Part shown: one piece after another, positions 57,670 through 64,000 of the stretch
Layout of the letters: each line of letters opens with the position of its first letter
How positions within the stretch are numbered: position 1 is the stretch's first letter
Assembly (NCBI GenBank): GCA_002011035.2
Contig: MTLY02000003.1
Coordinates: forward strand, 544,001 to 608,000
Origin: Candidatus Hecatella orcuttiae
Lineage (GTDB): Archaea > Thermoproteota > Bathyarchaeia > Hecatellales > Hecatellaceae
Reading direction: 5' to 3'
DNA length: 64,000 bases
Program-made: the position numbers and the translations under genes
Notes under the pieces: model-generated
Seen by the model: only the letters and a program-made list of their open reading frames with translations
The model's database searches: none
What the model was told of the DNA's origin: nothing

Positions 57670-58703
57670 TCAACGACCACCGTTTCACCTGGAGGAAAGA
57701 ACTCTTCTTCAATGCTGACCGCTGAAATCGGAGTGTCCTTCACATCTATACAATAGGTTTTGAACATTCCCTTGAAAGATGCGCTCTGAACACTGCCTAT
57801 GAAACTGTTCTTTTCTTTGACTTCCCCTTTACACCTGATCTTAATTCTTTCCGGCCTTACAACCACTGTGACCTTATCGTTTTCTTTAAGCTTTGAACCT
57901 GAATTTAACATGGAATGTAGAATGAGACCTTTCTCCGTTCGGACGCACACGTAGGGCGCTTGTATTTTTGTCACTCTCCCTTCAAAAAGATTCGCCTCAC
58001 CGATGAAATCAGCTACAAAGCTGGATTTCGGCAACTTATAAATCTCATGCGGATTTCCAACCTGCACTATCTTGCCTTTTCTCATCACTGCGATGACGTC
58101 GGACATGGTAAGGGCTTCCCCTTGGTCGTGGGTGACATAAACAGCGGTTACGCCTATCTGGTTGATGATCCTTTTTATCTCCAACTGCATGGCTAAACGC
58201 AGCTTCAGATCGAGGTTGCTGAGGGGTTCATCAAGTAGTATTATTTTAGGTTCAACAACCAAAGCTCTTGCCAACGCTACCCGCTGCTGTTCTCCCCCGC
58301 TCAGTTGGTAGGGGTACCTCTGTTCATAGCCGGGAAGCTTTACTATTTCTAAAATTCGTGCAACTTTGTCTCTAATTTTGTCTTTGCTCAGCTTTCGTTC
58401 CTCTAATCCGTAAGCTATGTTCTTGAAGACGGTCATATGGGGGAAAAGCGCGTAATTCTGAAATACCATGCTGAGGTTTCTTTTGTAGGGAGGAAGGTTG
58501 TCGACCCGGCGGCCGTCCATGTAAATACTGCCACTATCCTGCTTGGTTAAGCCAGCTATTATCCTAAGCAACGTCGTCTTTCCACAGCCGCTAGGCCCCA
58601 AGAGGGTGAGAAACTGTTTTTCTTTCAAGCTGACGGAAACGTCGTCGAGCACTTTAACTCCATCATAATATTTGACGATACCTTGGACACGCATTGCCTC
58701 CAA
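57633..58703 (-). CDS. ABC ATPase (PotA-like, with TOBE domain)
   Basis: GPSGCGKT, VFQNYALFPH, LSGGEQQR, LLDEP. Confidence 0.93.
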   Translation of the reverse strand: MEAMRVQGIVKYYDGVKVLDDVSVSLKEKQFLTLLGPSGCGKTTLLRIIAGLTKQDSGSIYMDGRRVDNLPPYKRNLSMVFQNYALFPHMTVFKNIAYGLEERKLSKDKIRDKVARILEIVKLPGYEQRYPYQLSGGEQQRVALARALVVEPKIILLDEPLSNLDLKLRLAMQLEIKRIINQIGVTAVYVTHDQGEALTMSDVIAVMRKGKIVQVGNPHEIYKLPKSSFVADFIGEANLFEGRVTKIQAPYVCVRTEKGLILHSMLNSGSKLKENDKVTVVVRPERIKIRCKGEVKEKNSFIGSVQSASFKGMFKTYCIDVKDTPISAVSIEEEFFPPGETVVVEWQCEDSLILEG

Positions 58704-58957
58704 TTTCTGCTCTCCTTTTTATAAATTCTTGAAAGCAAATTAAAAAGCTTACTGCTATTTGACGGTGTGAAATGATCAAATTTGACACAAATACATCTAC
58801 CTAAACGAATTACGATGAATTTTGTATGCTTTTTCTTAACGAAAATTCAAAAACCGGCTGCTCTTTTTCATTTAAAGCTTCTTTACGGAAAACCATTAAA
58901 AACTACAGAATGGAAAAAATGGGCAGGAATAAATATCATAAAAAAAGGGGGAGAGAT

Positions 58958-60100
58958 TTAACCTTTCACTCCTAGAAGTGGACGGATTTCTTCGTCAAAC
59001 CGTGCAGTCCACTCTTCCATTTTCTCCCGCGCCACCAGCGGATCGTATGCATACGCGTATTTTTCAATCTCTTCCTTGGTCAAGGCGTAGGGATACGCAG
59101 CGGCCTCTGCATTTATGTTTGTTGGGAACTGGCCTAGTCGTGCAGCTGATTCTTCGTTTATCTCTCGGTCCAAAGCTAGGTTCACGTATTTGAAGGCCCA
59201 TTCTTTTCTGGGACTGTTTGTCACGTGCAGAGTCCATTCTCCTAAGTGAACTGGATGCTTCTCGGAGGCGGCGGCGAATGCCACGGCAACCCCTCTCTCC
59301 AGTAATGGTAGGAGGCTGTCGTTTGTTGAACCTAGGTGCACGTTGATTTCTCCCCTTTCGATAGAACTGATGATGTCCCCTACTGTTGGGGTGATGAGCG
59401 TGATGTTCGGCGCTATCTTTTTCAGCAATTCCCATCCGGGCTCTGGATTATATTCGTCTCCACCCATAGCATAAGCCAGCCGCAGCAAGGTTACTCCGCC
59501 ATAATAGCCAATGGGAACTATTCCTATCCTGTATTGAGGGTCAGCAAGGTCTTCCATGGACACCGGCTCGTCAACTAGATCGGTACGATATAGTGTTCGT
59601 ACGTGAGACATGAAATTGGCTACACCGTAGATTTTACCATTGTATACCGTCATGTATTCGTCGGGGATTTCTTCCAAATTCGGCATTTCCTCCACCGGGA
59701 AGGGGGCTATGATGTTGTCTATAGCGGCTTCCAAACCTGCGACATGGGTAGCACCCCAGACATCGTTGAAATAGTTAGGTAGGTCAGCTCTGATCTTGGC
59801 CAGCCCCTCTGTGGAATAAGCCTCTACCTCATACCTTACAGGAATACCGAATTCTGCTTCGAACATTTCGTTAATATATTCAAACGCTGCCCTGGATTTG
59901 GGGTCTCCCCAAGCTAAGAGTGTTATAAAGTCCGGCTTCGGTACTGGCGTAGGCGTGGGTGTAGGCGTCGGTGTTGGAGCCGGGGCTGGGGGCCTTGTGG
60001 CCTGCCAGGCGGCGTAGCCGCCCACACCAGCCACCACCACAGCCACAACCGCAGCAACACCGTATTTTAGGGCGCTTCTACGAGATTCGGAAGATGTCAA
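58958..60100 (-). CDS. ABC substrate-binding protein (PotD/polyamine-like) with twin-Arg-like anchor and Pro/Thr linker
   Basis: SRRSALKYG, a TM helix and (PT)n linker, then LAWG and A.KYVN; heads the Pot-type cassette. Confidence 0.82.
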   Translation of the reverse strand: MTSSESRRSALKYGVAAVVAVVVAGVGGYAAWQATRPPAPAPTPTPTPTPTPVPKPDFITLLAWGDPKSRAAFEYINEMFEAEFGIPVRYEVEAYSTEGLAKIRADLPNYFNDVWGATHVAGLEAAIDNIIAPFPVEEMPNLEEIPDEYMTVYNGKIYGVANFMSHVRTLYRTDLVDEPVSMEDLADPQYRIGIVPIGYYGGVTLLRLAYAMGGDEYNPEPGWELLKKIAPNITLITPTVGDIISSIERGEINVHLGSTNDSLLPLLERGVAVAFAAASEKHPVHLGEWTLHVTNSPRKEWAFKYVNLALDREINEESAARLGQFPTNINAEAAAYPYALTKEEIEKYAYAYDPLVAREKMEEWTARFDEEIRPLLGVKG

Positions 60101-60252
60101 GAACTTTCACCGGTTTAGTCTATTACCAGATATCTTATATATAAAAGTTTCGAGAAAAAATAGATGGAAATATTAATCAGCATCCCCATTAGAAAATCTT
60201 ATATAGATAATGAAATGAAAATTATATCCCCTCATAATTTGGGGGATTTCCT

Positions 60253-60900
60253 TTGTCCAAAGAAGAAGTTTTGGAAAAGCTACGCAGAAGTTTTCTCAGC
60301 TACGATGAGGAAGCCACTCGAAAGGCTGCGGCGGAGGCTCTCGCTGCGGGAGTAGACCCCTTGGAGGCTGTAAGCGTCCTTACAGAGACTATCAGAGAGC
60401 TAGGTGAGAAATTTTCTAAGATGGAAATCTTTCTCCCCGACTTGATGCTGGCGGCAGATGCCATGAGAGCTGGATTAACCGTGTTGAAGCCGGAGTTGAT
60501 GAAAAGAAAGGCGGAGACCAGAACTCTAGGTAAGATTCTAATAGGTGTGGTGAAGGGGGACATCCACGACATCGGTAAAACCATTCTGGTCACGATGCTA
60601 GAGGCCGAGGGTTTCGAAGTGATCGACTTGGGAAAAGATGTTCCCATAAGAAAATTTGTGGAAGAAGCTCAAACTCACAACCCTGACATCATTGCCGCTT
60701 CCGCTTTGATGACGACGACGAGGCCTGAGCAAAGAGGACTTATTGAATATCTTAAACATCTGGGCTTCAGGGACAAATATAAGGTTATGGTGGGAGGCGG
60801 TGCGGTGACAAGTCAGTATGCCGAAGAGATAGGCGCTGATGGATACGGTGAAAACGCCCCTGAAGCTGTGGAAGTTGCAAAAAAACTGATTTCTAAGTGA
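60253..60900 (+). CDS. Methyltransferase corrinoid protein (MtmC/MttC family)
   Basis: GDIHDIGK, DLGKDVP, SALMTTT, VGGG, IGADGY. Confidence 0.95.
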   Translation: MSKEEVLEKLRRSFLSYDEEATRKAAAEALAAGVDPLEAVSVLTETIRELGEKFSKMEIFLPDLMLAADAMRAGLTVLKPELMKRKAETRTLGKILIGVVKGDIHDIGKTILVTMLEAEGFEVIDLGKDVPIRKFVEEAQTHNPDIIAASALMTTTRPEQRGLIEYLKHLGFRDKYKVMVGGGAVTSQYAEEIGADGYGENAPEAVEVAKKLISK

Positions 60901-60914
60901 AGGGGAGTTCAGTT

Positions 60915-62303
60915 TTGTCGAGGTCTAGGGTGTGGGAGCTTTGGCGGAGGGCTGAGACGGGTCCTCTCTGCCCGGAGCGGGAGTTTGACCTGAAGAGGTT
61001 TTATCCGGCTGTGAAGAGGCTGGTGAAGGAGTACGACATAACATACGACCCTGAAACCGTCATCCCCACCGACAACACCCTCATCGACGACGTTTTCAAG
61101 GCGGGGATCGATCTACTGACCGAAGTGGGGGTGCTTTGCCCGGATACCGAGAAGATTATTCAGTTGGAGGAGCGGGAGGTCAAAGAATCCTTAGCTACCC
61201 TCTCCGGTGAAATGACGGTAGGGGAAGGAAAGGACGCCTGCCTTCTGAAACATAGAAAGATGGAAGACCATGAGCCTGCACGCGTCTTCGCAGGGCCTTC
61301 AGGAAATCCCATATCCGAGGAGATGGCTATCCCCATATACCAGTCTTGCGCTCAAGAACCAACCGTCGACCTGCTTATGTACGGTACACCTACCACAATT
61401 GCGGGTATGGTGTCAAAGGACGGTTCGCCCATGGAGATGTACGCGGAGGTCGCCAATGTACGCTGGCTGAGGGAGGCTGCCAGAAGAGCAGGAAGACCGG
61501 GTATGTTCATTATCGGTTCTGGAGCAGTAGGTGTGGCACCCGCAATACTGGCCAGCTTGGTAGAGAACGGCTATAGGAAAACCGACGGAATACAGCTCGC
61601 AGGACTACCGCAGTTAAAAATACCTTACTTTGAACTTTGCAAGGCTGAATTCTGCATCGAGTACGGGTGCAGAGGCTGGGTTACCTCCCCAGCTTACATA
61701 GGGGGGTTACCGGGCGGACCTGAAGCGGCTGCCGTCACAGAGGTAGCTGAGTGCATAGCTGCCAATCTTGTGTTTCGCACACCTTGGGTCTGTGTGGACA
61801 TTCACGACCTTCTGTATCCGCCCGGCACGTCGAGGAGGGATGTAATGAGCATGGTGAACTTGGTTACAGCTGCTCTTGCAAAGCATACCAAGTTGATTGT
61901 CTCCACCCTCTGCGACCGCGTTTATGCAGGATGTTGCACGGACATGGCTTTCTATGAATTTGCAGTGGCAGCCCTTGGAGCTGCTGTTGCTGGAGGAGAC
62001 CCTATGAGTGGATGTTGCAGAGAAGGCAGGTACACCGACTACGTAACCGGTATGGAGGGAAGATGCACAGGTGAGATTGCTAAATCGGTTACAGGAATGA
62101 GGAGGGTGGATGCAAACGACATAGCGAAGGCCATCTTAGCCAAGTATGAAGACCGCCTTCCACCGAAAGGGAAACCACCCATTGGGAAGGAGTTTCGAGA
62201 ATGTTACAATCCGAAAACGGTTACACCTAACAAAGAATATGTAGAACTTTATGGGAAAATTAAGAAAGAACTGGAAGATATGGGGATTAGCTACAAATTT
62301 TAG
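60915..62303 (+). CDS. Monomethylamine-methyltransferase (MtmB)-family protein without pyrrolysine, paralogue 1
   Basis: RAETGP, GRPGM, GGPE, GKEF.ECY...TVTP; uninterrupted ORF; TTG start at 60915 after AGGGGAG. Confidence 0.9.
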   Translation: MSRSRVWELWRRAETGPLCPEREFDLKRFYPAVKRLVKEYDITYDPETVIPTDNTLIDDVFKAGIDLLTEVGVLCPDTEKIIQLEEREVKESLATLSGEMTVGEGKDACLLKHRKMEDHEPARVFAGPSGNPISEEMAIPIYQSCAQEPTVDLLMYGTPTTIAGMVSKDGSPMEMYAEVANVRWLREAARRAGRPGMFIIGSGAVGVAPAILASLVENGYRKTDGIQLAGLPQLKIPYFELCKAEFCIEYGCRGWVTSPAYIGGLPGGPEAAAVTEVAECIAANLVFRTPWVCVDIHDLLYPPGTSRRDVMSMVNLVTAALAKHTKLIVSTLCDRVYAGCCTDMAFYEFAVAALGAAVAGGDPMSGCCREGRYTDYVTGMEGRCTGEIAKSVTGMRRVDANDIAKAILAKYEDRLPPKGKPPIGKEFRECYNPKTVTPNKEYVELYGKIKKELEDMGISYKF

Positions 62304-62509
62304 GTTTGTGACGCTGAGGGTAGGTGTGGAGTTGTCGAGGTCTAGGGTGTGGGAGCTTTGGCGGAGGGCTGAGACGGGTCCTCTCTGCCCGGAGCGGGAG
62401 TTTGACCTGAAGAGGTTTTATCCGGCTGTGAAGAGGCTGGTGAAGGAGTACGACATAACATACGACCCTGAAACCGTCATCCCCACCGACAACACCCTCA
62501 TCGACGACG
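60915..62509 (+). repeat. Perfect 178-bp direct repeat (60915-61092 = 62332-62509) at the 5' ends of the two mtmB-like genes
   Basis: Direct comparison at a 1417-bp offset; the remainder diverges extensively. Confidence 0.93.
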
Positions 62510-63726
62510 CCTTCAAAGCCGCCATCGACCTACTACTGGAAGTAGGTGTCCTTTGCACGGACACAGAAAAAATAATCAAGCTTGAAGAAGGAGAGATCAA
62601 GGAAGCTCTTGCCACTTTCCCAAAGGAGATCACCGTCGGCGAAGGCAAGGATGCTGTTACTCTAACTCATAGGAAGATCGAAGACGATAAGCCTCCTAGG
62701 ATCATGGGAGGACCCAACGGTAGCCCTATATCCGAGGAGATGGCGATTCCCATCTATCAAAGCTACATCCAAGAACCTATGCTCGACATACTTTTTTATG
62801 GGACGCCGACGACGGTGGAGGGTATGGAGGTGAAAGCCGGCTCCCCCGTGGAGTTGTACGCTGAAATAGCCAATGTCTACTGGATGAAAGAAGCTGCGAG
62901 GAGAGCTGGAAGACCCGGCATATGCACTCTTGGAGCCGCGGGGGCGACTGCGGCTCCCCAGATACTGGCCAGCTTAGTGGAGGGTGGTTACAAAAAAACC
63001 GACGCTATGCAACTCAGTCCTCCTCCTCAATTGAAGGCTCCTTACTTCATGCTCTGTGAAGCAGCCCATTGCATTGAATATGGGTGCAGAGGCGTAGTCA
63101 TCCCCAGTTCCATCATAGGCGGCCTAGCTGGAGGGCCTGAGGGCGCCGCCATAACCAACATTGCTGAATGCATAGCCTTCGCCATACTTTTCAACACTCC
63201 TTGGGTGCATCCCTTCATGCCTGAGGCACTCCATGCCCCTGGATGCTCCGCTTATCCTCCGGAAATGGCTATGGAACTTCTGTCAATAGCCGCTTTAGTC
63301 AAACATGCGAATCTCATAATTACCAGTGGTGCGAACTCTAGGACCTTCTCAGGACTTTGCACTGATACGACCTTCTATGAGATTGCAGCACCCGCTATAG
63401 GCAAAACAGTGATAGGCGCCAACCTCCATGCAGGTTCAGCGAGGAAAGGCTACTACACCGATTACATGGCAGGCATATCAGCTCGGTGCACCGGAGAAGT
63501 AGGGTGGGCCGCTGTGGGGCTGAAACGGGAGGATGCCAACGAGATGGTTAAAACAATTATGGCAAAATACGAAGATATACTGCCACCCAAAGGAACGCCG
63601 CCCGTTGGAAAGAAATTTCAAGAGTGCTACGACGTCCAAACTGTCACACCGACAAAGGAACATGAAGACTTATATAAGAAAGTGAAAAAAGAGCTTGAAA
63701 ACATAGGGTTAGCCTTTAAATATTGA
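62332..63726 (+). CDS. MtmB-family protein without pyrrolysine, paralogue 2
   Basis: Same motifs, GGLAGGPEG, GKKFQECYD; TTG start at 62332 matching paralogue 1. Confidence 0.9.
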   Translation: MSRSRVWELWRRAETGPLCPEREFDLKRFYPAVKRLVKEYDITYDPETVIPTDNTLIDDAFKAAIDLLLEVGVLCTDTEKIIKLEEGEIKEALATFPKEITVGEGKDAVTLTHRKIEDDKPPRIMGGPNGSPISEEMAIPIYQSYIQEPMLDILFYGTPTTVEGMEVKAGSPVELYAEIANVYWMKEAARRAGRPGICTLGAAGATAAPQILASLVEGGYKKTDAMQLSPPPQLKAPYFMLCEAAHCIEYGCRGVVIPSSIIGGLAGGPEGAAITNIAECIAFAILFNTPWVHPFMPEALHAPGCSAYPPEMAMELLSIAALVKHANLIITSGANSRTFSGLCTDTTFYEIAAPAIGKTVIGANLHAGSARKGYYTDYMAGISARCTGEVGWAAVGLKREDANEMVKTIMAKYEDILPPKGTPPVGKKFQECYDVQTVTPTKEHEDLYKKVKKELENIGLAFKY

Positions 63727-64000
63727 TTTCTTAATCCTTAAACGGGGTCTGTTTAAAAGATAGACTGAAAAGCTGAAGCTTGATTTGTGGAAATAGCTTT
63801 TTCATTCTCATGAGTCTTGCAGGAGACGCTTTAATCTGTCCCTAAATATGCTATATCGCCCCAAAAAAATGACGGCTACTCCCTTTCCAGCATTAGTTTC
63901 TTTGAGTAGCCTATAACTGCTTTGGTTGAAATCAGCGTAATCTTGGTTTTTTAACGTTGTTCACCAGAAGTTTAATCAGTTCTTTTTCTTGGGATCTAGC

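Noticed and set aside
59940-59995. Short tandem repeats in the binding-protein gene
   Set aside because: They encode an ordinary Pro/Thr linker after the membrane anchor
60915-63726. Pyrrolysine recoding or evidence of methanogenesis
   Set aside because: No in-frame TAG in either mtmB-like gene, and no pyl, mcr or mtr genes in the window

Overview
Archaeal chromosomal segment. Gene content, frequent TTG/GTG/CTG starts and BHB-type tRNA introns suggest Bathyarchaeia or a relative (inference). Five blocks: (1) 1-9.4 kb type-IV-pilin-like locus: four class III signal-peptide proteins, a MoxR AAA+/vWA pair, a vapBC module, a Zn-ribbon/PD-(D/E)xK protein and a prepilin peptidase. (2) tRNA-Trp(CCA) with three introns, followed by small accessory genes including a glycoside-hydrolase-like gene broken by one in-frame TGA. 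(3) A 10-gene Mrp/Mbh-type membrane arm with three antiporter-like subunits and no redox module. (4) An H4MPT-type Wood-Ljungdahl supercluster: mtd, fwdD/B/A, a FwdC-Mch fusion, ftr, a MetF-like gene but no mer, and cdhC/D/E co-operonic with a tungsten AOR-family heterodimer, cooT and two cooC, but no cdhA/B. Housekeeping genes and dinB follow. (5) From about 45.1 kb, a more AT-rich amine-catabolism island: Zn-ADH, ThrC-like PLP enzyme, class III aminotransferase, M20 deacylase, DUF362, a three-subunit Mo-hydroxylase, a Pot-type ABC importer, a corrinoid protein and two pyrrolysine-free MtmB homologues. Best candidates for new biology: the non-Pyl MtmB island, the FwdC-Mch fusion, the CODH-less ACS/AOR operon, the triple-intron tRNA with an embedded guide, and two perfect repeat tracts in tandem paralogues that share a polar G/T-to-A/C switch at third codon positions. 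All calls come from reading motifs by eye; no searches were run.
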